Of a stretch of 64,000 nucleotides of DNA, positions 43,308 through 52,458 are shown one piece after another. The stretch comes from Pirellulales bacterium (GTDB lineage: Bacteria; Planctomycetota; Planctomycetia; Pirellulales; PALSA-1355): positions 96,001 to 160,000 of the forward strand of contig CAVTBU010000006.1 in NCBI GenBank assembly GCA_963733035.1, given 5' to 3'. Both the position numbers and the translations under genes were made by a program. Every line of letters begins with the position of its first letter. The first letter of the stretch is position 1. A model generated the notes under the pieces. That model did not search any database. It worked only from the letters and a program-made list of their open reading frames with translations, and was not told where the DNA came from.

Positions 43308-45326
43308 TTATGAGTTCGCTGCGTCCGTGGCGGACGACGTGGGTTCAATTGCTTGCCAAAGCAGTTCGGCAACGTCCATGACCTTGACGTCGCGATCTCC
43401 CTTCTTGGCGTTGATGCCGTCTTCGAGCATCGTCATGCAAAACGGGCAGCCCACGGCCACGACGTCGGCGTCGGTTTCCAGGGCCTGGCGGGCGCGTTCT
43501 TGATTGACGCGCTGGTTGGGCGGCTCGTCGATGAAACTCATGCCGCCCCCTCCGCCGCAGCAGAATCCGTTCGAGCGGTTCTGTTCCATTTCGATGGGCG
43601 CGTCGCCGGTGGCGATTTGCACGACTTGCCGCGGGGCGTCGTACACGCCGTTGTGGCGGCCCAGGTAGCAGGGGTCGTGGAACGTGACTTTTTGATGGCT
43701 GGGCATCTGCCCACTGAGCTTGCCTTCCTCGACGAGTTTGGCGAGGTACTCGCTGTGGTGATAGACCTCGTAGTTGCCGCCCCACTGCGGATACTCGTTG
43801 CCCAGCGTATTGAAGCAGTGAGGGCAGCTGGTAACGATCTTTTTGACGTTGTGCCGATCGAGCGTGGCGATGTTTTCCTGCGCGAGCGTTTCGAACAGGA
43901 ACTCATTGCCGATGCGCCGGGCCGGGTCGCCGGTGCACTTTTCCTCGCGGCCCAGGATGGCGAACTTCACGCCGGCCTGCTGGAGCAGCTGGGCCAGGGC
44001 GCGGACGATCTTCTGATTGCGCTCGACCAGCGCGCCGCCGCAGCCGACCCACAACAGCACTTCGGCATCCTTGGCTTCTTCGACTGTGGAGATGTTGAGC
44101 CCGGCGGCCCAATCGACGCGACTGAACGCCGTGCCGCGCATCGGGTGACCGCGCGATTCAAGCGAACTGATGGCCTGCTGCATCGTCTCGGGGAACTCGG
44201 CGTCTTCCATTACCAGATAGCGGCGCGTATCGACGATCTTGGGCATCTGCTCGATCGACACGGGGCAGGCCTGCACACAGGCGGCACAGGTGGTGCATTC
44301 CCACATCGCCTCGGCACTCAAGGCCGGCGTGGCGCCGATATAGGATTGCGAGAAGTCGGCTTCGGGAGCGCGCATCTGGTGCTGCAAGTCGAGGATGATG
44401 TCGCGCGGCGAAAGGATCTTGCCGACGCGATTGGCGGGACAGACTGCCGTGCAGCGTCCACACTCGGTGCAGGCGTCGAAGTCGAGCAGGTCTTTCCAGG
44501 TGTAGCCGGCCAAGGTATTGATGCCGAGCTTTTCGTCGTGCTCGAAGTCGAGCTTCCGCAGTGAAGCGCCGATCGGAGCCAATCGGGCCGTGTAGATGTT
44601 GAGCGACGAGTTGAGCACGTGGGCCATCTTGCTGAAGGGGGCCCAGGCAATGAAGGCAAACACCAGCCCCATGTGCGTCCACCAGCAGGTGCGATGCGAA
44701 ACGAGCAAGGCTTCGTTGCTCATGAACGGCTTGGACGCTTTGGCCACCAGATTGCCGAAAGGCGACCAACTGGCCCAGGGGTCGTTGGTGGCCGCGATCC
44801 GCCAGCCTTCGACCAGGAAGCCCGTGATCAGCATCGCGAAAATGGCCAGCAGAATAAGGGTCGATTCGGTGGTGTAGACCAATTGTTTCGGCCGCAGAAT
44901 CCAGCGGCGCAAGCCGGCCATCGTCACACCAATGATGGCCAGAGCGCCGAAAGAGTCCACGAACAGCGATTGGAAATAGAGGTAGAATCGGCCCTTCATG
45001 ATCGGGATGCCAAAGTCGTAGTCGATCATCACCACCACCGTGGCGATGAACAGCACGACAAAGCCCCAGAAGATCAGGGCGTGGAACGTGCCGGGGTAGG
45101 CCTGCCGCCAGGTGCGGAGTTGCAGGCCGGCGTATTGTACGAGCAGCTTGATGCGCTCAGCCGGTCGGTCAAAGCGATTTTCCGGCGAGCCTTTTCGCCA
45201 GAGGCGGATGCGGCGATAGAAACCGTAGCCGCAGACGGCCACGGTCGGCACCAACAGCGCGTACATGATCCACACATGGTGGATGTTCCACAGAATTTCG
45301 CGGGTCGCGTTCTGAGGATCGTTCAT
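43308..45326 (-). CDS. FadF-like membrane Fe-S oxidoreductase (NarI-like TM region, 2x[4Fe-4S], 2 CCG domains)
   Basis: TM N-terminus with conserved His; CTECGRCTAVCP and CTTCAACVQACP; EKCTGD, CPHC, HDPCYLGR, CCGGGG and CPFC. Confidence 0.9.
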   Translation of the reverse strand: MNDPQNATREILWNIHHVWIMYALLVPTVAVCGYGFYRRIRLWRKGSPENRFDRPAERIKLLVQYAGLQLRTWRQAYPGTFHALIFWGFVVLFIATVVVMIDYDFGIPIMKGRFYLYFQSLFVDSFGALAIIGVTMAGLRRWILRPKQLVYTTESTLILLAIFAMLITGFLVEGWRIAATNDPWASWSPFGNLVAKASKPFMSNEALLVSHRTCWWTHMGLVFAFIAWAPFSKMAHVLNSSLNIYTARLAPIGASLRKLDFEHDEKLGINTLAGYTWKDLLDFDACTECGRCTAVCPANRVGKILSPRDIILDLQHQMRAPEADFSQSYIGATPALSAEAMWECTTCAACVQACPVSIEQMPKIVDTRRYLVMEDAEFPETMQQAISSLESRGHPMRGTAFSRVDWAAGLNISTVEEAKDAEVLLWVGCGGALVERNQKIVRALAQLLQQAGVKFAILGREEKCTGDPARRIGNEFLFETLAQENIATLDRHNVKKIVTSCPHCFNTLGNEYPQWGGNYEVYHHSEYLAKLVEEGKLSGQMPSHQKVTFHDPCYLGRHNGVYDAPRQVVQIATGDAPIEMEQNRSNGFCCGGGGGMSFIDEPPNQRVNQERARQALETDADVVAVGCPFCMTMLEDGINAKKGDRDVKVMDVAELLWQAIEPTSSATDAANS

Positions 45327-46288
45327 TTCGCGCTACGCAGCCGCTCGATCAGCGGACCGACGACCTTCTGATAGTCTTCCACTAGTCCGAAGCTGCAGTG
45401 CTTGAAGATGGGAGCGTCGGCGTCGCGGTTGATCGCGCAAATGACTTTTGAGTCGGCGATGCCCATGATGTGTTGGCTGGCGCCGGAAATGGCGATGGCC
45501 AGATAGAGTTGGGGCGCGACTTTTTTGCCGGTTTGACCAACTTGCCAGGAGGGTGGCACCCAACCGGCATCGCAAGCGGCGCGCGAGGCGGCCATTTGGG
45601 CGTTCATCGTGTCGGCCAGCTTTTGCAATTCTGCAAACGGTTCCGGGCCCCCCAAACCGCGCCCGCCCGAGACGATTACCTGGGCGTCCTCCAGCCGCGT
45701 TCCGCCCTTGGCTTCTTCGTGCCGCTCGACGACTTTGACTTGCGGCTCGGTGAGTTCGAGCGAGGCATGTTCCACATCGCCAACGCCGCGGCCGGACGCC
45801 TCCGCCGGCTCGATGGCCCGGGCGCGCACCCAGACGACGGCGGGCATATGCTCCAACTCGATGACGGCGGTGGCCTTGCCACCATAGACGCCGCGCGTCA
45901 CGCGGACCTTGCCCCCTTCCGCGTGAACCGCGACGGCGTCCCCCGCGGCACTTCCGCCCAAGCGATGGGCGAGCCGCGCCGCAATTTCCTGACCATAGGT
46001 GTCGTTGCCCAACAGCACGACCTGAGGAGCGAGTTGTTTACAAATCGAAGCGAGCGCCGTCAGATAGGTTTCTGGGTTGTAGTCGGCCAACAGCGCGTGA
46101 TCCGCCACGACGACCGCATCGGTTACGGCGCGAGCACCCGCGATGAGCGCTTCGTCGGCCGCGCCGACAAGGACGGCCCGCAGCTTGCCGCCTAGCGATT
46201 CGGCCAGGCGATGGCCGGCCCCGAGAATTCCCTGCGCCGCGCGATCCAGTCCGGCGCGGCCCCACAGACAACAAACAACATCTTGCAC
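45323..46288 (-). CDS. etfA: Electron transfer flavoprotein alpha subunit
   Basis: [18 protein letters not shown] and [28 protein letters not shown] motifs; GTG start 46288. Confidence 0.95.
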   Translation of the reverse strand: MQDVVCCLWGRAGLDRAAQGILGAGHRLAESLGGKLRAVLVGAADEALIAGARAVTDAVVVADHALLADYNPETYLTALASICKQLAPQVVLLGNDTYGQEIAARLAHRLGGSAAGDAVAVHAEGGKVRVTRGVYGGKATAVIELEHMPAVVWVRARAIEPAEASGRGVGDVEHASLELTEPQVKVVERHEEAKGGTRLEDAQVIVSGGRGLGGPEPFAELQKLADTMNAQMAASRAACDAGWVPPSWQVGQTGKKVAPQLYLAIAISGASQHIMGIADSKVICAINRDADAPIFKHCSFGLVEDYQKVVGPLIERLRSAK

Positions 46289-46319
46289 GAGACGGCCTCT
46301 TTCGGCAGCAACGGTGAAC

Positions 46320-47120
46320 TTACATGGAACGGAGAACGTCGGAGATTTGGCGGGCGAACGCGTCGATCTTGGCTTCCAGCGTGTCGCCTTCGATGAACTC
46401 GCACTGCGTTTCCTTGTGAGGAATGAAGAGCTCAACCACCTGCGAGTACTCGTGCGTCTTGCTCGGATCGGCGCCCAGGTCGGCCAGGTTCCATTTCTCC
46501 AGCGGTTTGCGATACGACTGCATGACGTCGCGGGTTTTGGGAATGCGCGGAACGTTCTTGTCGTGGTTGGTGACCGTAATCACCAGCGGAGTGGGGGCTT
46601 CGATCACCTCAAAACCGCTGTCGGTTTGACGCTTGACCTTGACGGTGCCGGAAGCCGAGCCCGGCTCGAAGCCTTCGGCAAATGAGATGCAGGGAATGCC
46701 TAGTTCCTCGGCCAATAGTCCCCCAGTTTGTCCCGCTCCCCAGTCGCCGGCTTCGCGACCGACCATCACAACGTCGTACTCGCCCAACTTGCGAACCGCC
46801 GCGGCCAGCGCCTGGGCCACGAAGAGCGGATCTGGATTACTATCCGCCTCGTTAACCACCAGCACCGCTTTGTCGGCTCGCAGGGCGAGTGCCTTGCGGA
46901 GCACGTCCTCGGCACCCTCGGGCCCGACGGTCACCGCGGTGATTTCGCCGCCCTGGGTGTCGCGGATTTGCAGGGCCGTTTCCAGCGCGTTCTCGCAAAA
47001 GATGTTCGTCACCAGGTTGGCACCGCCACGCTCGGCTTCGCGCTTGGCCGAGTCGACGCGGAAATCGCGGGCTGGAATCTCGGGATCGAGAATCTGTTTC
47101 AAACAAACGACAATCTTCAT
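46320..47120 (-). CDS. etfB: Electron transfer flavoprotein beta subunit
   Basis: MKIVVCLKQILDP, NALETAL, GREAGDWGAGQTG and PRIP motifs. Confidence 0.95.
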   Translation of the reverse strand: MKIVVCLKQILDPEIPARDFRVDSAKREAERGGANLVTNIFCENALETALQIRDTQGGEITAVTVGPEGAEDVLRKALALRADKAVLVVNEADSNPDPLFVAQALAAAVRKLGEYDVVMVGREAGDWGAGQTGGLLAEELGIPCISFAEGFEPGSASGTVKVKRQTDSGFEVIEAPTPLVITVTNHDKNVPRIPKTRDVMQSYRKPLEKWNLADLGADPSKTHEYSQVVELFIPHKETQCEFIEGDTLEAKIDAFARQISDVLRSM

Positions 47121-47133
47121 GCTGCTGTGAGTC

Positions 47134-47745
47134 CTAGCACTCGTGGCGGAGTAAGCCGCACGTGGCGATGCTGATGATTTCCTGGACGATCTGTTCGTGG
47201 TTCAACGTACCCTCGGGCCGATACCAGCGCGGCAGCCAGAGCAGCGTGCCGAACAGGCTGAAGGTGGCCACGGTGCTGTTCACATCGCGCAACTTGCCCG
47301 CCGCCCGCAAGGCCTCGAGCGTATCGCGGACAAAGTCCATGTAGACGCGTTTGCGATCGAGAATCTGTTTGCGATGTTTGGGTTTGAGACCTTCGATCTC
47401 ATCGGTGAGGATCGTGATCGATTTGTTCTTATCCCCTTCGGTGAGCAAGCGGGCATGCCGTGCGATGATGCTCTTGAGCCGCTCCTCGGGATCCTCGCAG
47501 GCGCGTGAGGGCTCGATGACCATCGTTTCGAGCTTCTCCATCGCGTAGTTCATGATCGCGTAAAGCAGATCCTCCTTGCTTTCGATGTAGTAGTAGAGCC
47601 CGGCCTTGGTCAGGTCGACGGCCGCGGCGATGTTGCTCATCGACGTGGCGTCGAACCCCTGCGCGTGGAAGATTTCGGCGGCCTTGGTGTAGATGTCGAT
47701 CGTACGATCGCATTCCGGGGCGATGGCGGGTTTTTTGGCACACAT
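47134..47745 (-). CDS. TetR/AcrR family transcriptional regulator (KstR2-like C-terminal domain)
   Basis: GFDATSMSNIAAAVDLTKAGLYYYIESKEDLL HTH; WYRPEG C-terminal motif. Confidence 0.93.
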   Translation of the reverse strand: MCAKKPAIAPECDRTIDIYTKAAEIFHAQGFDATSMSNIAAAVDLTKAGLYYYIESKEDLLYAIMNYAMEKLETMVIEPSRACEDPEERLKSIIARHARLLTEGDKNKSITILTDEIEGLKPKHRKQILDRKRVYMDFVRDTLEALRAAGKLRDVNSTVATFSLFGTLLWLPRWYRPEGTLNHEQIVQEIISIATCGLLRHEC

Positions 47746-47822
47746 ACAGGCGGCTTCTCGCTTGGGGGGAGTATCGCGGCAACGCGAGGAGATCTCGCCC
47801 GCCGGGACAGTGAGGGAATTCT

Positions 47823-47866
47823 ACCGACCGTCCGGTTAGTAAATCTCAAAAAATAGCGCCCGTCAA
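47823..47866 (-). promoter_or_regulatory. Putative sigma70 promoter and TetR operator for the tetR-etf-fadF-ACAD operon
   Basis: Minus-strand TTGACG (47866-47861)-17 nt-TTTACT, immediately followed by the palindrome ACCGACCGTCCGGT (47823-47836). Confidence 0.6.
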
Positions 47867-48332
47867 GGTCTGGGAGTAGCCGAGGCCCGTTGCCGAGCGA
47901 TTTGTTTCAGCCCGGGACGAGAAGGAATGCGTGTTTCGCGCCTTGCTAACGCGGGCTGGCTGCCGACCGATGCTGCCCAGGCAGCGGGACGAGGCGTCGG
48001 TAAGCCTGATTAGAGCCGCGCATGAGAAAGCCCGACTGCAGCGGAAACGACTCTGGCGACACTTAGAGCCCGCTGCACATCGGGCTTGGGATCGCGTCGA
48101 CTTTTTGGGGAGGACGCGTTCGCGCCAGAGACAATTCGCAATGCCTATGCCAGTCGTTTGATCACGACGAAGTGCGCAGAACGTAAGTTATTTAACAATA
48201 GCTATTTATGGCGTTACGGTGGCAGTCGCTTCATTTGCCACGCGGTGAGTTCCGTCGCAAAACTGCCATCGCTCTGACGACACCGCGCCGTCAAGGCGGT
48301 TGCGCATGGCATGAGATGCGGAGGCCTGAAGA

Positions 48333-48605
48333 TCAGGCGCTGCCGTCGGTGGGCCGCGGCGCGTTGCGAAGTTGCTCGAGTGAACGGCCCAGCCGCTTTT
48401 TCGGCTGTTTGCGCGCGGGAAGCTCACTGCTGAGCGAGATGGCCTTGGGGGCCGCGTCGTGGAGCACGGCCGCCAGTTGTGGGTGCAATTCCTCGCCCTC
48501 GGTGACTCCGCCGATTTGCTCCACGGCATCGGAAAAGCCCAACAGTACGCTGCGACGAACGCTATCGCGAATCCAGCCGAATACTCCCAAATTGCCGTTG
48601 CTCAT
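48333..48605 (-). CDS. Small hypothetical protein (planctomycete type)
   Basis: MSNGNLGVFGWIRDSVRRSVLLGFSDAVEQIG...KKRLGRSLEQL; protein-like amphipathic helices. Confidence 0.7.
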   Translation of the reverse strand: MSNGNLGVFGWIRDSVRRSVLLGFSDAVEQIGGVTEGEELHPQLAAVLHDAAPKAISLSSELPARKQPKKRLGRSLEQLRNAPRPTDGSA

Positions 48606-48819
48606 GTCGTCACCCGTCGAGTTCCGAAGTTTAGATTTCCAGCCGCGCCGCTGTCTTGCGGCGCGGGCCGCAGATAGTAATCGGCGTCGACCCGTCGGAA
48701 AAGACCAATCACCAACAACCAGCAAACAGCTCGGCGCACTAGAAAAAAACCAGCCGCGTCCCGAAGGGGCGACGCGGCTGGCAGCGTTGCTATCAATCGC
48801 TACGGGTTGCCAGGTTCGG

Positions 48820-49557
48820 TCAGGCGCGCGCCCGACGACCGTGCTTTCGCCAACCGAGCGTCCCTAGGCCAATCAAGCCCAGGAACATCAGGACGACCGC
48901 GCTTGGCTCCGGAACGCCGATCGCGGCAAACGCGGCGACGCCGTCGTTGAAGTCGGCACCGGAGATGCCGTTGGTGCCGATGGCGTAAAACACGTTCGAC
49001 GTACCGTACGTGGTCGAGCCAGTCGAACGGACCTCAAATCCAACGGCGTACAATCCAGCGAGCGCGCCCACGGGCAGGTTGACTGTCACGGCGTTGTGAA
49101 AGCCAAGGTTGCCGTTGTAACCACCACCCGCGGCCAGATCGCCACCGGTGACCAGCGTCGAGTCTTTGTCGACGTCGAATGCCACGCCACTGCGAACGAT
49201 GGTCGCAGTGACGGAGGCATCGGTGAAGCCGTCCACGGGATTCCAATACAGCAGAGGACCGATGATGTCGAAGCCCCAGGTCGAACCGATGTCGATGCCG
49301 TTTGGCGGATCGGTGGTGGCAAACGCGGCGGTGAACTGCAGCGAGTTGGTCGTCACGGAATTGATCGCGTAAGAACCGGGCTCGAAGACCGAGTCGTCTT
49401 GTCCGACCGGATCCAGGACCGGTCCGTAATAGACGCCTGCGGTGGAGGTGAAGTTGCCGGCGCCGTTGACGTAGAACGACTGGTGCAATCCGTGGGCAAA
49501 GGCGGACGTCGGTGCCGCGAGGGCAGCGCAGACCGCTAGCGCAGAACCAATATTCAT
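48820..49557 (-). CDS. PEP-CTERM surface protein with mature N-terminal His
   Basis: Signal peptide ending AFA|HGLH; C-terminal VPEPS, TM and RKHGRRARA. Confidence 0.88.
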   Translation of the reverse strand: MNIGSALAVCAALAAPTSAFAHGLHQSFYVNGAGNFTSTAGVYYGPVLDPVGQDDSVFEPGSYAINSVTTNSLQFTAAFATTDPPNGIDIGSTWGFDIIGPLLYWNPVDGFTDASVTATIVRSGVAFDVDKDSTLVTGGDLAAGGGYNGNLGFHNAVTVNLPVGALAGLYAVGFEVRSTGSTTYGTSNVFYAIGTNGISGADFNDGVAAFAAIGVPEPSAVVLMFLGLIGLGTLGWRKHGRRARA

Positions 49558-49621
49558 GGGAGACGCTCTCTGTTATTCAAAGTTTGTTGATGTTTTCAAA
49601 AACGTTGCGAAGCTGGAGGGC

Positions 49622-50341
49622 TTAGGACTTGCGCAGCCGCAAGCTCCGCAGGCCGTGAACCGCCAGGCCAATGCCGGCCAACAGCGCCAAGATGACACTC
49701 GATGGTTCCGGCACCGTGATGGCGGCCGCATACAACTGGCCGGCGATGATGGGCAGGTTGCCCACAGGCAGGCCGTTGTTGAAAACCGCGACAAACGGAT
49801 CGGACGGCGTGAATGGGTGGCCGGAGCTGTCGATACCCGTCAATTCCATCGCAACGGCATAGGTTCCGATGGGAACACCCGACGGCACGTCCCATTCGTA
49901 ATACAGTTGATGCTCATAGGTCCCGAGATTCGTTCCGTCGAATTCGCCGATGAGGAAGCCCGGTTGAAAGCCGGAACCACCCGTCACCGTGACTGAACCG
50001 GGGACCGAAATATCCTGCGGTGAGATGTTCATATCGACCGGCGAGGGAATTGGGGAGCCGCTGCCTACGGTGTACCAAAGTGGTCCCAGCACATCGAAGG
50101 TAATGCTTGCGCCGCCGCCAATGCCACTTTGCACATCGAAACCCGGATGGTCGGTGCTCTTGTAAGTGGCAGTACCCAGCAAGGCTTGCACCGTGTAAAT
50201 CGGCAGGCCGCCGGCAGCCGGATCTTCCGAGGTGAGGACCAGCTTTCCGTTGTCGTTACTGATCAAAAAGCCGTGGCCGTGGGCCACGTTGGCCGAGGCA
50301 GCGGTTACCGCGACGAGTGCGGCGAGGGTGAATTTATTCAT
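49622..50341 (-). CDS. PEP-CTERM surface protein with mature N-terminal His (paralogue of 48820..49557)
   Basis: RBS GGAG; signal peptide then HGHGF; FDVLGPLWY mirrors FDIIGPLLY; C-terminal VPEPS, TM and basic tail. Confidence 0.88.
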   Translation of the reverse strand: MNKFTLAALVAVTAASANVAHGHGFLISNDNGKLVLTSEDPAAGGLPIYTVQALLGTATYKSTDHPGFDVQSGIGGGASITFDVLGPLWYTVGSGSPIPSPVDMNISPQDISVPGSVTVTGGSGFQPGFLIGEFDGTNLGTYEHQLYYEWDVPSGVPIGTYAVAMELTGIDSSGHPFTPSDPFVAVFNNGLPVGNLPIIAGQLYAAAITVPEPSSVILALLAGIGLAVHGLRSLRLRKS

Positions 50342-50373
50342 CAAAACTGTCTCCTAAATAATCGAGGATATTT

Positions 50374-51128
50374 TCATTCGTAGTTAATCATGGAGGCATC
50401 GGTTATGGGCATTGCAAAGTTGTGACCGGTCGTAAAGTTGGATTGCCTCCACGACTCGATGTCTTGCTCAACCCAGCGTTGGATGGTCTCCTTAGAGATC
50501 GTTTCCACGTGGCCGTCTCCGTAGAGGTAGTTGGCCGCTTCAGAGTGACGATCGATGTTGATCTCGGCCAGGATATTGACCCACACCACATCGTGCAGGA
50601 TGCGCGGCGCAAATACCACAGCGACGTGTGGACGTGCTCGGTCGAAATGTTCATGGGACGCTGATCGGATCCCTCGAAAATCATCAACAGCCGGTGCGTA
50701 TCCTGCGTGCGGTTGATGTTCGTCACACTGTCATCGACTTTCGGATTCGATACGTACTCGTTGATGACGTACGACGTTCCGGGTGGATCGGTCAACAGCC
50801 GGTCGTGACCGGTCAGGTCGTCCTGGCAGATCCGAATCGCGTCGACGCTCTCCAGAAAGGGAGCCAGCGTCGCTACCCAAGACTCGTTCTTGAGTACCGT
50901 GCCGTCCGCAGCGAAAACGTCCTGATGATACGTGAACGGAAACTGGCCGGCGTGCACGTCGACGAAGGTTTGGATTGCGATCCCGATCTGCTTCAGATTG
51001 CTGATGCAATGCGTGCGGCGCGCGGCAGCGCGCGACGCCTGAATGGCGGGCAACAACAGCCCGACGAGCACACCGATGATGGCGATCACCACCAGCAGCT
51101 CCACCAACGTGAAACCTCGACGATTCAT
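50374..51128 (-). CDS. DUF1559 prepilin-like protein; frameshift near 50610
   Basis: [38 protein letters not shown] and EHVH motifs; second frame [17 protein letters not shown] (H-X9-DG motif). Confidence 0.88.
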
Positions 51129-51303
51129 CGTGAGGACTCCCAATCCGTAAAGAAGGCCGGCAAGTCCGCCCTCCGACGAGGCAAGCGATGTGACGATCGG
51201 ACAGGACCCGAAAAATCAACATCGATTGACGCGCAGGTTCGCCGAAGCAAATCGTCCCGGCGACGCGGAATGCCATTGCGAAATGGCCACGCGAAAGATG
51301 CCG

Positions 51304-51948
51304 CTAGGCGCGCGGCGGCGGAACGGCAGGCAGATCGGAAAGGGAGAGGTGTGTATCGTCGGCGACGTCGACACGACCCGCCAGCGTCCACTCAAACTCC
51401 CACAGCGTGGGGATTTCAACGGGCAGATTCGCGCCGCTGCTCAGCCATAGCGTCGTCAAGCCTTGGCACTTCTGGGCTTGAATGCCGCTGACCCAGACGA
51501 TGCGAGCCTTGTTTGACGAGGTGGCCTGTTGATGTTCGTGTTGGTGGTCGGCCTTGTGAGCGCACGATCCGCCGTGGCCGCAGGCTTTGCAGTTTTTGGC
51601 CAGCTGTGATTTGTTCTTGCAGCAACTCTTTGCTGCCCGCGCGTCACGCCGCGCTTCGGCCTGGAGCGCCGCGATGGTGGAGGCGGTCAGGCGGATGCCG
51701 TGCTGGCGTACCCAGGCGAGCCGTTCGGCCGCCGAGTAACAACAGCAGCTGTCCCAGCATTGGGCCGCCGAATTGCAACCGCAGGCATGCCCTTGGCAGG
51801 GGTAGGGGGTCGAGGCGTCCTGAGCGACCGTGGGCATCGGGAGCGGATATCCCGTCATGCTCGCCACGTACGCCAGCAGCGCCAGGCCGGTGACCATCCG
51901 GCGGCAGCTTAGCGGCGAAAGCGAGAAAACTCGGCGGGAAAACATCAA
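51304..51948 (-). CDS. Cys/His-rich exported or membrane-anchored protein with C-terminal PAVPPPRA
   Basis: N-terminal hydrophobic segment; CQGHACGC, CWDSCCC, SCC, CKACGHGGSCAHKADHQHEH and KCQG motifs. Confidence 0.75.
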   Translation of the reverse strand: MMFSRRVFSLSPLSCRRMVTGLALLAYVASMTGYPLPMPTVAQDASTPYPCQGHACGCNSAAQCWDSCCCYSAAERLAWVRQHGIRLTASTIAALQAEARRDARAAKSCCKNKSQLAKNCKACGHGGSCAHKADHQHEHQQATSSNKARIVWVSGIQAQKCQGLTTLWLSSGANLPVEIPTLWEFEWTLAGRVDVADDTHLSLSDLPAVPPPRA

Positions 51949-52154
51949 TGATCAGTCTGGGAAGTTTGGCCACGCATTCGACATGGGGGGTGTCGAACTG
52001 ACACGTGTAGCCATGGGAGAGAAAGAAGATCCTTCGACAAAGCCTCAAGCGTCCGTGCGGAGCGAAGCTTTTACAGAATCACGAGCAGTACTCGGTAGCG
52101 AAGGTTTCTTGTCGAAAGCAGACAGTCCGGCTCCAGGGGAGCCAGATTTCAAGC

Positions 52155-52183
52155 AACCTAGTCGTGGGCGATGCCCGTGTCAA
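52155..52183 (-). promoter_or_regulatory. Putative sigma70 promoter for the Cys-rich/DUF1559/PEP-CTERM cassette
   Basis: Minus-strand TTGACA (52183-52178)-17 nt-TAGGTT (52160-52155). Confidence 0.65.
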
Positions 52184-52458
52184 GCATTTCCCGTCGGGCG
52201 GACTTTGTCTGCCTGTCCGGTGATACCTGAGAGCTGGCCTGCTGGTTTCACGTTTGGGCCGTGGGACTGAGAAAGTCGTTCGACACCGCAGGTTTCGGGC
52301 GATTGCCAGTGCCTGGTGCGAACCGGTGTCGCCGGCCGATTGTCGGGCTGTACGACGGCTCTCCGGGCCGGGGAATTTGGCATGATATACTTTCTTGTTC
52401 GGGCCGGCGGCAACGTTGCCCGTCGTGGCCAACTTGCGTGTCGCTTGAGCTTTCCGGC

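Noticed and set aside
52200..52330. tRNA or TPP-like element (two CTGAGA, GTTCGA)
   Set aside because: No cloverleaf or acceptor stem, and no TPP core could be built.
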